This document shows positions 1-14,068 of a stretch of 64,000 bases of DNA, one piece after another. A program made the translations under genes and the position numbers. Under the pieces are notes generated by a model. That model made no database searches. It saw only the letters and a list, made by a program, of their open reading frames with translations, and was not told where the DNA came from. How positions within the stretch are numbered: the stretch's first letter is position 1; each line of letters begins with the position of its first letter. Origin of the DNA: Octopus vulgaris (Eukaryota); assembly GCA_951406725.2 (NCBI GenBank), contig OX597826.1, positions 62,930,001 to 62,994,000 of the forward strand. Direction: 5' to 3'.

Positions 1-670
<670 letters not shown>

Positions 671-988
671 TTTCATTATTCGCCACAAAGGCCTATGCAT
701 TCATACAACAATGGGCTGTAAGACCACTGAGGAAGAACATACATTGTTACACAAATACGATGTGTGGGTGGGAGAAATGCTTTATAAAATATTGACATTA
801 AGTATTTAGATGAAATACACAAATGGTGAATACTTAAATGCATAAATATAAACTTTAGAAAAAAAAAACAAAGATGGATATGTGGTTAAGCAATTAGCTT
901 TGCAACTTCTCGCTTTAGGGTACAGTCCCGTGCCAACTAATTCTTGAGGAGTGGTTTTCGTGGGCTGAAATTGTATGGGGTTCGATTA

Positions 989-1035
<47 letters not shown>

Positions 1036-1637
1036 TTATTCAGTAGTTTTATTTTTATAGCGTGCTTTCACTTCACTACCGAGCGCAGCTCTGTGTGCCT
1101 TGGGTATGTGCCGTGATTTGTTGTGATGCTCTGATGGTTATTGTATGGAAAGTGTTCTGCGTAGAATGTGTGCAGTGCCTAGTAGTGCAATTTTCTGTAT
1201 GTTATATGTGTTTGTAAGTCCTGGTGTTTTTGTTATGTATTTGTCTGAATATTTTTTTATCATGCCTAATGCACCTACTATGATAGGAATTGTTTCTGTT
1301 TTCAGATTCCACATTCTAGTTACCTCTATTTCCAGGTCTTTGTATTTTGAGAGTTTCTCCATTTCTTTTAGAGACACGTTGTCATCTGCCGGTATTGATA
1401 CATCAATTAGAAAGCATTTTTTTCTTCATGATCTCTGACAACTATATCTGGTCTGTTGGCCTTAATTTCTCTATCTGTGTGTATCGGCATATCCCAGAGT
1501 ATGGTTGCTTTCTCGTTTTCTGTGACCTTTTCTGGTGTGTGCCTATACCATCTTTTTCCTGTTGTTATTCCATAATGTTGGCATAGCTTCCAATGTATGT
1601 AGGTTCCAACTCTGTCATGTCTGTGAATATATTCCTT
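1036..1637 (-). mobile_element. 5'-truncated REL-endonuclease non-LTR retrotransposon (Dong/R4-like) 3' end, one frameshift
   Basis: Minus-strand peptide KEYIHRHDRV...ILWDMPIHTDREIKANRPDIVVRD / KCFLIDVSIPADDNVSLKEMEKLSKYKDL...IPIIVGALG carries the RHD, RPD, D and K-x-x-KY motifs of a restriction-like endonuclease. Frameshift in a T-run near 1420. Flanked by (TTA)n on both sides. Confidence 0.9.
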
Positions 1638-1658
1638 ATTATTATTATTATTATTATT

Positions 1659-2215
1659 GAGTGAGAGAGCAGTGCATGCCATCAAAGTGACACTGGGGTA
1701 AAATATACGAAGCCCAATATACCCATCATGACTACCCGTCTGATAAGGGTACATCAGGCACATGCATCACAACCATATGTGCGCGACATGGTGATCTCAT
1801 ATCAAGATAAACAGCACATGACCTTGCAGGTGGGGCCCAGTTAGAATTTTCTTCAGGTTGAGTAGCCCATCCCGCTCAAAAGGTCCCTGAATAAGGGTTG
1901 TTTAAGGATGTTGAAAGAACCACCCATGTTTCCAGAGGTGAATTATTCAAACCCCAAAGAATCCCTCTCAACACATGGCTATGATGCTCCCCCACTACTT
2001 CTGCTCGTGATCAGAGATGCACATATCGTCAGCCACTAAGGGACATGCTCAACTGGTTAAGGTCAAACAACTGACAAGCAAATCTGTGGTATTGAGCAGA
2101 ATATTTGCTGTAGCCCATCTTTTATACCAAGACAAAACAATGTACATGATAACACTTCCAATCAGTTAAGATCAGAAGCCATGAGAGCCACTGCCTGGTA
2201 CTACATCAGGGCATT
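1659..2215 (-). mobile_element. ~555-bp non-coding element embedded in (TAA)n; probable non-autonomous or UTR-derived partner of the Dong-like LINEs
   Basis: Complex sequence bounded sharply by (TTA)n on both sides. Its terminus CATCAGGGCATT recurs at 15318-15329 next to another (TTA)n. Orientation is inferred. Confidence 0.55.
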
Positions 2216-2311
2216 TATTATTATTATTATTATTATTATCATTATTATTATTATTATTATTATTGTTGTTGTTGTTGTTGTTGTTGTTATTATTATTATT
2301 ATTATTATTAT

Positions 2312-2370
<59 letters not shown>

Positions 2371-2372
2371 TT
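2216..2372. repeat. Compound (TTA)n(TTG)n(TTA)n(TAG)n microsatellite
   Basis: Directly visible. Confidence 0.95.
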
Positions 2373-2714
2373 GTTTTTTCCTTCTTTCTTCAAATTTTCT
2401 TCGATTTCTCGCCGAGTGTTTTCCGTACACCTAGGGCAGAGAAGCTCATTGTATGCATTCCCAGATTACACACGCAAATTGACAGGTAAAATATGTATTT
2501 AAAAAATTGATAAATGAATAAATTCATGACTGGATTTTGCTTTCACAGCGACAATGCTCTTCTCAATACAAGAGTCGTTCCAGTCAACACGATTTTTTGC
2601 ACTTTCTGTAGGAATGGCAAGCCTGGTATAATTTCAAATAGGTTTCGGTACCTTTTTTATCATTCCTAGAGATCCTACAATCACTGGTACTGTAGTCGCC
2701 TTGAGGTGCCACAT
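2373..2714 (-). mobile_element. REL-type LINE 3' fragment, second subfamily (ORF C-terminus plus 3' UTR)
   Basis: Minus strand reads MWHLKATTVPVIVGSLGMIKK...(frameshifts)...VQKIVLTGTTLVLRRALSL. The 3' UTR resembles 15396-15480. Flanked by trinucleotide microsatellites. Confidence 0.82.
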
Positions 2715-2764
2715 AATTATGAATATTATCATTATTATTATCATCATCATTATTATTATTATTT

Positions 2765-2813
<49 letters not shown>

Positions 2814-3189
2814 CAGCAGCAGTGGTAGTATTTCAAACAGTTTGAATTGGCCACATGCAACTTGAATTTCGTAAGATTCTGAACCCGACGCGCTACTTTT
2901 CTATAAAATGCCTACGAAAATTTAAGTTTTATGGGCCGAATCAAAGTATGTTAAATAATGAAATATATAACTCCTATTAAATATGGTGAAGGTCTCGTTC
3001 TTTCGCTTCTCCACTCAACGTGTCATTACACACACATATACATATGTGTGTGTGAGTGTAAGTGTGTGTCTGTCTGTCTGTATGTATGTATGTATGTATG
3101 TATGCATGCATGAAAATGCGTACCAGCCTACCCTCTCCACCACACATGTGTTATCCAAGGCAAAAGCCGATAGAACTTGGCACCAGTGA

Positions 3190-3340
3190 CGTCACAGCTC
3201 ACTTTCGCTGCTGAGTGAACTGGAACAACATGATATAATGTGTCTTGCTGAAGAACACAAAATACAACGCGGTCCGGGACCCGAACTCACCACCACATGA
3301 TTGTAAGCCTGACGCTCTAACCACTGAGCTATGTGTCTTC
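3190..3340 (-). mobile_element. tRNA-derived SINE head (family B-like), degenerate
   Basis: Minus strand TAGCTCAGTGGTTAGAGCG (A box) ... GAGTTCGGGTCCC (B box), followed by the CORE-like TTCTTCAGCAAGACAC. Confidence 0.7.
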
Positions 3341-3355
3341 ATGTAAGTATGTAAG

Positions 3356-3421
<66 letters not shown>

Positions 3422-3465
3422 TGTGTGTTTGTGTGCATGTATGTATGTATATATAAGTATGTATA

Positions 3466-3515
<50 letters not shown>

Positions 3516-3645
3516 TCCGTATGTATATGTGATTATGGGATTATATTGTACTGTATACGTAGTATAATTCGTAAATAGACATCTATAAAAATACATGGAA
3601 GAACTATAAATGTAAAGATGCAAATATGACTTGGCTTATATAATA

Positions 3646-3826
3646 TTACCGTATTTTTTTACATAAAAAATTCGTTCTTAGAGGCAATAAATTCATTCTG
3701 CCTTTATCTATTTTTTCATCAAAGAGGCATTCGCAAAGAAATGTTATAAGAAACGGGTAAATAAATCTTGAACTAATATTATTGAACGTGGCGTTCGTTT
3801 TGTTCTTTCCAGTTTGAAGTAGAAAT
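3646..3826 (-). repeat. Uncharacterised ~170-bp interspersed repeat, copy 1
   Basis: Reverse complement aligns with 12175-12330 and 14421-14580. Confidence 0.65.
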
Positions 3827-4086
3827 AGATAGATATATAGATAGATACATACATACATACATAAGTTACATATGTATATACATATATACAAAAGAATAAA
3901 AGAATAAAATAATGCATATGTACATGCATGTATGCATATATATTAATGTGTGTGTGTCTGTGTGTGTGTGTATATATATGTGTGTGTATGTATATATATA
4001 TATATACACATATATACACACATCTACACAGATATATTATATATATATGTATGTATATATATATATGTATTATGTCTCTATGTATG

Positions 4087-4143
<57 letters not shown>

Positions 4144-4851
4144 CATCTTTGTATTTATATGGATTTGTCAATACACATTCATAAAAGTACATCTATGTAT
4201 GCGTATCGATGTGCGTCACTGTTTCCATGTGTATATATAAGTATGCGTGTATTTATGTGCATATATATATGCGGGTGCGAGCGCAAGTGTGTGTTGTAGA
4301 ATGCATCTAACGCAGTAATTCATGCTAGTACAATGCCGCCACTGGTGAAGCAGATAACAACATAATGTGTGAATATTTCCTTACAGTATAGACTCATTTT
4401 CACAAAGATTGGTATATACTTCCTCAATGTCACAGAGGAGAATTGTATATATTGCCGTTCTTGAACTATTCACCAGTGAATTTCCGAACAGTCGTAGACA
4501 TTCAGAGATTTATTATGAAGAATTTAATCTGTGTAGATCTTAACCAGTGATTTCCTTCCTCGTGGTTATGTCCAGGGAGCAAAAGCTACCAGAGGCAACA
4601 CCATTATAATGGAAACACGATGTAAATCGTAGCCTACGGATATGTCTCCTGAGAATGACTTTACTTACTTACCACAGGATGAAATACTATGGATTGTAAT
4701 AACAACTTAAAATAAAGTCCTTACTTTCCCTTACTATGCCAATTACATTACATGATTTTTTTTTTACTTTTTCCTATTTAACTCTATCTTATCTTATATA
4801 CCCTACTCTATTATTCTAACTGAATTTCCCACATGTTAGTTTCCTAACATT

Positions 4852-4942
4852 TATGTTCTCTGAAGATCCCTGTATATCACTAACGTGATGAAGATGACAT
4901 GGAGGTTTCTGAGGTCACATGGTAGAAACGGCCGTAAGTGAT
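4852..4942 (+). ncRNA. Degenerate minimal hammerhead ribozyme motif (Penelope-like)
   Basis: CTGAAGA at 4860, then GAAA-CGGCCG-TA at 4925-4936 with palindromic stem III (ACGGCCGT). Stems I and II are degraded. Just upstream of a (CT)n(TA)n(TG)n tract. Confidence 0.45.
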
Positions 4943-4987
4943 TTGTATCTGTACACTCAATTATTATTATTCATCCATCTCTCTCTT

Positions 4988-5057
<70 letters not shown>

Positions 5058-5899
5058 GTGTGTGTGTGTGTGTGTGTGTTTACGTATTTATTGACTGATT
5101 TCACTCGTTTACTTGTAACCCTTAAATACATGTTTGTTATCATTTAATAATTCGATATAATAGAATGTTCACTGGCTGATATTTGGCGATTTTTATTCTT
5201 TCCATTTTCTTATTTGCCTCATATGTGTGTGTGTGTGTGTGAGTGTGTGTGTGGGGGGGGTGTAGGTATATACATACATATATAACAGACATATATATAT
5301 ATACTTCGTAGTACATTATGGTTATGAAAATAAATGTAGCGTCCCTACAAGCAATTGATATATACGTACCAGTTGCCAGGAATATGTTTAATGTGTAAAT
5401 TTGTCGATCTGATATTGTTACACCGCTACGGTTACGTGAGCAGTATATTTGTGGATAGTTAGTGTGTTGGATTTGGTACTACAGAAGCAATAACTCCTGG
5501 AATATGCATATACACCTATTACCAATTTTTCAATCGCAGAACGTCGTAGACTTCAGTGCTGATTCTAAATTCTATAAAACAATTTATAGAGATACACTAA
5601 AAATGTATGTGCGCATGCGCAAGTGTGTGTGTGTGTACGTGTGTTTAGCTACATGCAATACATTACTGAATACGCATAATTATATATTAATGTACGTTAT
5701 GTACTACAGAAAATATCTGCAAAGTTTTGGCAAGAATCTCTAGATATTTTCTCAAGTATTATGTAAGAGTGAAACAAAAACAAAGCAGTTAACGCACCAT
5801 TAGTATATATCTGAGCACCAATTTATATTTTAACCAATGCAAATATCTTTCTTTTTTACATACACACACGAATTTGTAAGCACACACTTGCAAACGCAG

Positions 5900-5990
5900 A
5901 TATACATACATACATACATACATACATACATACATACATACGTACATACATACATACATACATACATACATACATACATACATACATACA

Positions 5991-6024
<34 letters not shown>

Positions 6025-6050
6025 CATACATACATACATACATACATACG
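5900..6050. repeat. (TACA)n tetranucleotide microsatellite
   Basis: Directly visible. Further TACA tracts at 6241-6359 and 6727-6772. Confidence 0.95.
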
Positions 6051-6367
6051 TATACCGAAGTTTTTCATTTAAGTATGTATGAGCATGTCTAGATATGCAA
6101 CTATATGTATAAAAATACAAAAGCAAAACAAAATCTGCACGTATACATACATACATGCAAAAAAATAGCTTGGATCTAAGTTAGAAACCGACTCTTTCTC
6201 TATTGGCAGGAAATCTTGAAATAAAACTAAATAATGACATCATACATACATACATACATACATACATACATACATACATACATACATACATACATACATA
6301 CATGCATGCATACATACATACATACATACATACATACATACATACATACATACATACATGACCGACT

Positions 6368-6726
6368 GGCACTCCGTCGGTTACGATGACGAGGGTTCCA
6401 GTTGATTCGATCAACGGAACAGCCTGCTCGTGAAATTAACGTGCAAGTGGCTGAGCACTCCACAGACACGTGTACCCTTAACGTAGTTCTCGGGGAGATT
6501 CAGCGTGACACAGAGTATGACAAGGCTGGCCCCTTTGAAATACAGGTACAACAGAAACAGGAAGAAAGAGTGACAGAAAGGTGTGCTGAAAGAGTACAGC
6601 AGGGTTCACCACTGCCTTCTGCCGGAGCCTCGTGGAACTTTAGGTGTTTTCGCTCAATAAACGCTCACAACGCCCGGTCTGGGAATCGAAACCGTGATCC
6701 TAACCACTGGGCCATTGCGCCTCCAC
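6368..6726 (-). mobile_element. tRNA-derived SINE family A (OR-like), inserted in (TACA)n
   Basis: Reverse complement of the 7331-7711 copy, with the anticodon-like segment deleted. Confidence 0.88.
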
Positions 6727-7330
6727 ATACATACATACATACATACATACATACATACATACATACATACATTGCAGCTCTTATGCGCTGACTATAAATT
6801 CTCATTCGTACTTATTAATATAAGCGCAGTGAGTTATGTACCACGAAATTTACTCAAAAACCTAGAAATAATAGGGTTTTTTTTTTTTTTTAGAAAGAAC
6901 AAAAGAAGCTGACACGTATTCCCTGAATCCAATCGGTTAGTGACACAGTGAAGATCTGTAAGACAATCTAAAGATTCTCCATCTGAGATTCTTTTGGTGA
7001 ATAGATGCACGCGTTTCGATGTGTGTATCGACGGGTCAATCAACACACCAACTCACCCGCATATTTACAAACACTGGCAACTCTCTTTCACGAAGTCGTC
7101 TTGTCACATTGACTCTCTTAAAAGGACCTTATATAAAAATCAAAGAAAAAACACAGATAATGGTGCGGTCAACGTCGGACGTGCAGGTATGTGCAAAATT
7201 TCATTTTGAACGCTTTTTTTTTTACATTTATGCCAACTCCCCCAGCCTAAATCAGTTACTGGTTTATATCTCCATCGATGAATAAAGGAAACGACTTTTT
7301 CTTATGAACATACCGTTATAAGACTGAAGC

Positions 7331-7711
7331 GTGGAGGCGCAATGGCCCAGTGGTTAGGGCAGCGGACTCGCGGTCATAGGACCGCGGTTTCGATTCCCAG
7401 ACCGGGCGTTGTGAGTGTTTATTGAGCGAAAACACCTAAAAGCTCCACGACGCTCCGGCAGGGGATGGTGGTGATCCCTGCTGTACTCTTTCACCACAAC
7501 TTTCTCTCACTCTTACTTCCTGTTTCTGTTGTACCTGTATTTCAAGGCGCCGGCCTTGTCACTCTTTGTGTCACGCTGAATATCCCCGAGAACTACGTTA
7601 AGGGTGCACGTGTCTGTGGAGTGCTCAGCCTCTTACACGTTAATTTCACGAGCAGGCTGTTCTGTTGATTCGGATCAACCGGAACCCTCATCGTCGTAAC
7701 CGATGGAGTGC
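7331..7711 (+). mobile_element. tRNA-derived SINE family A (tRNA-Arg-like head; resembles octopus OR SINEs)
   Basis: A box TGGCCCAGTGG, B box GTTTCGATTCCC, anticodon-like TCG. Near-identical copies at 6368 and 22695. Possible AGACTG target duplication. Confidence 0.9.
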
Positions 7712-8277
7712 TTCCCATCCATACAGACTGGGTTTTTAAAGCATATACCTTATACCACGTGGAATTACGCTGACGTTATCATGTCTGCAATTAATAACAA
7801 CAGCACCGACAAAAGCAGCACGACATTAGCAATAAGCTATTTAAGAAGACGTAATTACGCTTCTCGTTTTATTTGAACTCTACATCGAAACCATATTCCT
7901 GTAAGTGGAACAATAAAAATATGCAGTACATTTTTCAAATTTAAAATGTGACATTGTTTTTGCTATATACGTTCCAACGATGGAGTTATGTATCTTTGTA
8001 AGTAGCAAGGTCCTTCCTCAGAGGCAAAATTCAAATAATTGAAAGCAGATTAGAACATACACACACACACACACACAACACGTACATACACACATACACA
8101 CACACACACAAGCACGCACGCTCGCACACACACACACACACACACACATACACACGTACACTCAATTTTTAGACTGGAGTAACGTAAAATAAAGTGTTTT
8201 GCTCAAAAACACATCATATTGCCCTGTCCAGGAATCGAGACTACCATCTAACAATCATGAGTGCAACACCATATGTA

Positions 8278-8320
<43 letters not shown>

Positions 8321-8538
8321 TGTGGTAGACTCTGTCGATTCGAAGATTTAGAATCAGCTAAAATGATATGCGATATTCACTGATATTCTGTTCTCTAATT
8401 CCACATAGCGATGGACTCAAATATCTCTTTCGGGTTTGATAAGCAAAATACGATTTAGATATGAGGTGATTCCACTTCTCTCGCTTACTTAAACATGAAT
8501 CCTCTCTCTCCCTCGATTTCACTCTCTTTCTCCTTCCT

Positions 8539-8585
<47 letters not shown>

Positions 8586-9304
8586 CTTTCCCTCTGTCAT
8601 GAAAAGTATACATTGTGTAGAGATAGAAATGACCTTTTTCAGATTCAAAATACTCAACGCTCTAATTCTAATTCACCGCCTAAATCTACATGTGTGTGTG
8701 TGTGATGTACATATAGATATAGTTCTACAGATATGTATATATATATTTATGTATATATATATATATATATTTATACACATACATATATAGACATAGATAT
8801 ATACACTTATAAATAGATGTATATACACATACATATATAGACATAGATATATATACTTATAAATAGATATATATATACACATATATATATGTATATATAT
8901 ATATATATTTGTATGTATATATATATATATTGAGAGAGAGAGAGAGAGAGAAATATATATAGATATATTATACATATATGCTGATTACGTATGTTTGTCT
9001 ATGTATATGTATATATGTGAATATATACCTACGTATCTCTGTATGTATAATAATTTGTTGCGAAATTCAGTATTGTTGAGGACAAAATTTCTAGACATTA
9101 ATAATTGATCATTAACTTTTCCGAGGTCATTTTGAGCAAAACTCTATTGCTGAATGTCACAAAGTATTCGTAATAAATATCCTTTACTCGGCGCTAAATG
9201 GCTTGATTCCATTATGCTGGTAATTGCCAATCTTGTTCACGAAGTAGCATTTTCAAATACATATGTATTGGTGTATATGTATATGTATATACGTATCTAT
9301 ATAT

Positions 9305-9418
<114 letters not shown>

Positions 9419-9520
9419 GTGTATGTATATATATACATTATATATTTAGACACAAATATACATATGCATATTTATCCCAATATATGTATATATATATTTT
9501 TTTTTTTTAGAAGACGTAAT

Positions 9521-9571
<51 letters not shown>

Positions 9572-10115
9572 CATATAGTCATAATATAAACATACATACA
9601 TACATCCATGTATATATGTGTATGTATTCATAAAATATATTGATGCAATTAAGTTTTTAACAATATAGACTTTTACATGTACTTAGCTACTTGTAATAAT
9701 CTGAAGATGAGTGCATAGGTGTATTTATATAGAATTTTATACACGCCCACCCATTTATGTCTGTATTTATGTTCGGATGTACGTATGAACATACGTCAAT
9801 ATGTGTGTGTATACCAACATATATGTGTGTGTATTCATAGAATTTATAGATTTCATTAACTCTTTAACAATATAGAATTTTATAAACACTTAGGCACTCA
9901 ATGATAGGAAGTTGTATAAGTGGATATATCAATATAGTTGATTTCTTCTTAAAAAAAGGTGTGTGTGTCTTGAAGTATTGTGTCTATGGACATTGTAGTA
10001 AGCTGTGAGTATATAAAATGAATAAAGGTGTGCATGCACATTGTAAAGTATTGTATGTGTATGAGCAAAATGAATTTTCTTATGTGTCTGTGTGTGCTTC
10101 TATTCATGGAGGTAG

Positions 10116-10410
10116 CTACGACAACTTGATTTCCTGATTAAATTCATAGAGTCGTGTTGCTTTGAGATGGAATATTATCGGATTTTTTTGCATCAAACCA
10201 AAGATAACGGACGGCTTCTGTGTAAGGCAATGCCGAAAGTGGAGAGGGAGAGAGAGGTAGGTTCGGTTAAGCTGAAATTGCGAACGACTGGAGACTGGCT
10301 CTCGTTCATTCGTATGGTTCAAGATGTTCAGGAAAGCAATCCTGCTTGTATCCATCTAGTGTGGCTTACATAGCATTTTTCTCATTTAATGCATCAAGGT
10401 GAATGTTGAA
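10116..10410 (-). mobile_element. Penelope-like element GIY-YIG endonuclease relic
   Basis: Minus strand CIK*EKCYVSHT / DCFPEHL ... EPVSS ... IIFHLKATRLYEFN matches the PLE pattern CxxC..YIGET..DRFxEH..PVxxHF..IFxLxT..GxN, with stops and frameshifts. Confidence 0.6.
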
Positions 10411-10929
10411 CACCTCAAGATAAGGATAAGTGATAAGGGAGTTTTCATTGGATGAGCACTGCAGCTTCTAGCATTACTACGAAATACAAATGCTAGGCAT
10501 ACCATATAGATAACGATTTAAATCTAGAGCTGCTTCTTCTACATAATTTGAATTTTATTCATATAAGCCAGTTAGCTGTTTCTTCACTGTGTCTATATAA
10601 TTCCAATTGACCAGGATGGATTCCTGTTGGGAGTAGCGCGAGTGCTTGGCATTGACAAGTCGCACATGTTCAAATGCATATCCTGACATTCTTGCAGTCG
10701 CTTTGGAGGTGATTTCGTTTCGTCTGGCTTTGAAGTATATTGTTTTTAACGTAATATATCTATAAAGGTATCCGTTCCCAGACGAATGTTGTAACTTCTG
10801 TCGTTTCAATTGTATAAGTACATTAAATATGTCATATACAGTATATGGGGGTGCACGCATGAGCATATGTGTGTGTGTGTATTTATGTTTTAATGAAGGC
10901 AAGAAAACAGGAGTCACGTAATCACCTTC

Positions 10930-11066
10930 ATTAACTTACAGCTGTTTCTGCTATAGGAAGCTGTGTTGTCAGAGCAGGGTGTTTGTACAAATCCTTTTCA
11001 TAGCTCCGAGGAAGCTATAGCATATTGCACAAGCAATTGCCTCTGAATGCATTGCTCTTCATAACA
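10930..11066 (-). ncRNA. Degenerate hammerhead motif with long stem II insertion (Penelope-like)
   Basis: Minus strand aTGAAGA-GC ... GCA-GAAA-CAGCTG-TA with palindromic stem III (ACAGCTGT). Same strand as, and about 0.5 kb from, the GIY-YIG relic. Confidence 0.45.
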
Positions 11067-11595
11067 GGGGTAGTTATGAGCTAAAATAAATGATTACTTG
11101 TTTGCTGCTCTCTTGTTATTCATTAATTAACAATACAGTCTGTACAGGCCTAATGCGTTCCTCTAAACCATATGTATATTGTGCTCTAACTACTGGTTAG
11201 TGGCGTCGCTGAGCCTAACGAAAATCATGCATGTGTGTGTTTATATCAACCCCTACAAAATTCCGATTTGGCTGAATCACCCTCTTCGAGAAATACACAA
11301 TCACATCTTCTCCTTGTCTTATCCCTTTGTTACCAGTCTTTCCTAGTTTACCAATTTCATTTAGTTTCTCAAACTCGCTCATTCTTTATTCTCAACATTT
11401 GGATGTGGGCATTAGTAAAAATTATTATATTTACTGATTGTAGGACACCTGATAGTAAGGTTAATACCAATAAATCAATTGTTTGTATTTTCTTAGAATC
11501 TTCTCTGTTGAGTTTTTACATATTTGCAAATTAAACGGACTGCTCGCGAAGATGATTTCGATTGAAACCATCTGCAAGTCATGCCGATATAACTG

Positions 11596-11900
11596 ACACT
11601 CCGACGGCTACGACGACGCGGGTTCGTTCCAGTTGAACTGATCGTCAAAACAGCCTGCTCCAGAAATTAGCGCACAAGTGGCTGAGCACTTCACGAACAC
11701 GCGTACCGATATTCACAGGGAGATTGAGCGTCACAAACAACATGACAAGGCTGACCTTTTAAAATGCAGGTACAACTCATTATTGCCAGGTGAATGATTT
11801 GACTGGGGCTACGGGAAATTAAGTGTTTTCTTCAAGGAAACAACACGTCACCAGGTGTCGAACTCACAATCTCACAATCGCGGGTCGAAAATCCTATGAA
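11596..11900 (-). mobile_element. SINE family B, degenerate
   Basis: Colinear with 56090-56415 (GTGGCTGAGCACT, TGACAAGGCTG, CAGGTACAACTCAT, CAAGGAAACAAC). Confidence 0.75.
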
Positions 11901-12073
11901 TACATATGTATATACATATATATTTGCGTGTGACAGCTTACACACGTATATACACACACATGTATAAATTTGTTTGTAAGAGTTTAGATGTGTGTGTATG
12001 TATGTATGTATATATATGTGTGTGTGTATACACACACATATTTGTATGTGAAAATTATATTTATATATACGTA

Positions 12074-12173
<100 letters not shown>

Positions 12174-12174
12174 T

Positions 12175-12330
12175 ATAGAAGAAAAAAAACACGCCGCATT
12201 CATTATTAGTTCAAGACTTCATGATTTATTTATTTTTGCCATTTCTTATATCATTTCTTTCGAGGTAAGCTCTTTAACGAAATAATAAATCAAGAGAGAA
12301 TAATTTATTGCTTCAGCAACGAGTTTTTTT
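12175..12330 (+). repeat. Uncharacterised ~170-bp interspersed repeat, copy 2
   Basis: Shares ATTAGTTCAAGA, ATTTCTTAT..CATTTCTTT and AATTTATTGC with the other two copies. Confidence 0.6.
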
Positions 12331-12806
12331 TTTTTGTCTTTTTTTTACGGATCAAAAATAAGTTAGACATAAATATCGTTAAGAGACGTTCAATTTGTAC
12401 CTTCATATCGTTAGCTTTATTATGTCTTTATTGTAATGGAGTCCTATTCTTGTCTTATATAAAGCTATACTCAAATTCATATTTATTTATCTGTAGTTTA
12501 TGCATGAATATAGATAATAGATCGATCCCGGTCAGAATGGCCAACGATGAGGTTTCAGTCGCTCCATCAACTAAACGCCCAAGGTCAGTGAATTTGGGTA
12601 TTCCAGGGGTAACTCTAATGCTATTGCTATTCCCAGTCGAATGCAGCGTGAAACACTGCCAAAATCCCGTTTCTTTCAGTTACAGGTACAATATATCATC
12701 TTTGGCCTCTGCACAGTTCTAGTCCACCCAATTTCCCAAGGAAAGAATATATATATGGAGAGAGGGAGACAGATAGACAGAGAGAGAGACAAACAGACTG
12801 TCAGAT

Positions 12807-13393
12807 AGATATGTTTCTTTATTAGCCACACAGGGATGCACACAGATAGAACAAATTACAAGGTAGAGCTTTTCTTTTGAAGGTTTAAAAAAAAAAAAAA
12901 AAAAGGAAGGGGGAGTTTCGATCAAAAGGGATCGTAAAAGGAGAGAAAGAGGACAAAAAAAGGGGGGTTAAAAAAAGGGGGAGAGGAAAAAAAAAAATTG
13001 ATCAATAGGGATCGTTATCACAGAAATGTCAATATGAAGTGTAAAGGGGAGGACAGGTGAGGTTTACCCGTGGAAAGAAAAGCCTACGGAAAAGACCACG
13101 GTAACCTCGGTCAATAGAGTCACATGTTATATTTCTTTTTTTTTTTTTGCAAATAAGCAACTCTCTGTTTTCAATTTCTGGGTTCATAGGATCATGCTCA
13201 AGGTGGCTTCGTCATTCATACGTGCCATTCTTGCTACATTCACCCATCTTTTTAAAACATTCGCTAGACAAAACTTGCCTCTCTACTCTCACTTTCCTTT
13301 TCAAGTGGTACTTGAAGAAGTTGATGAGAGATTGACCAGAGAGGAAAGTGTTTGTCTCCAATCCTTTCAGACGCGTCCACCAGATACATTCTT
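12807..13393 (-). mobile_element. L1/Tx1-like LINE 3' end (ORF2 C-terminus plus 3' UTR) within a GATA/GACA microsatellite
   Basis: Minus strand ECIWWTRLKGLETNTFLSGQSLINFFKYHLKRKVRVERQVLSSECFK / RWVNVARM...IL* (IWxxR...W pattern). The 3' UTR ends AATAAAGAAACATATC. Second copy at 54078-54552. Clade assignment is inferred. Confidence 0.72.
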
Positions 13394-13487
<94 letters not shown>

Positions 13488-13500
13488 CAGACAGAGAGAT
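13394..13500. repeat. (GATA)n microsatellite
   Basis: Directly visible. Confidence 0.95.
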
Positions 13501-13984
13501 GACTTAGAGAGATGGGTGGATGAACGGCAGATAGATAGTAGGCTGGATTAATGGATCGGTGGATTAATGGATCAGTTGACAAATGTATCGGGCGATTTAT
13601 CAAGTGATAGATATAATTTGATAGATAATCACATTGATGATAAATATGTAGACACACAAATATGTATATACAGAGCTACACGAATACAGTAATAGTTATA
13701 CAGATGGAAATACATGAGAACCTGGAAATACATGAGAAATTATCTCAGAAAAGTTTACATTAGAGAAGCAAAGTCTTTATAGAAACTATTTTCTACTTTT
13801 AACATTTCTTCTAAAGACTTTCAATGAGATGGATCTTGTAAGTCATCTTTTTATTTAGTATTTGCCTCGCCTCTTCCATCATCAATCCCCTGTTACCTTT
13901 GTAGTTCTTAGTATTGTCGTTTTCATATTGTTTATTTGCATGATTATTATTTATTATCATTTTTGCTATTATTATAAGTTACAC

Positions 13985-14068
<84 letters not shown>

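Noticed and set aside
7000-7050. Minus-strand GAAACGCGT resembling a hammerhead stem III
   Set aside because: No proper CUGANGA core, a non-cleavable GUG triplet and no stem I.
7331-7405. tRNA-Arg gene
   Set aside because: The A and B boxes run into a multi-copy SINE body, and there is no proper acceptor stem or T-run terminator. The same applies to the other SINE heads.
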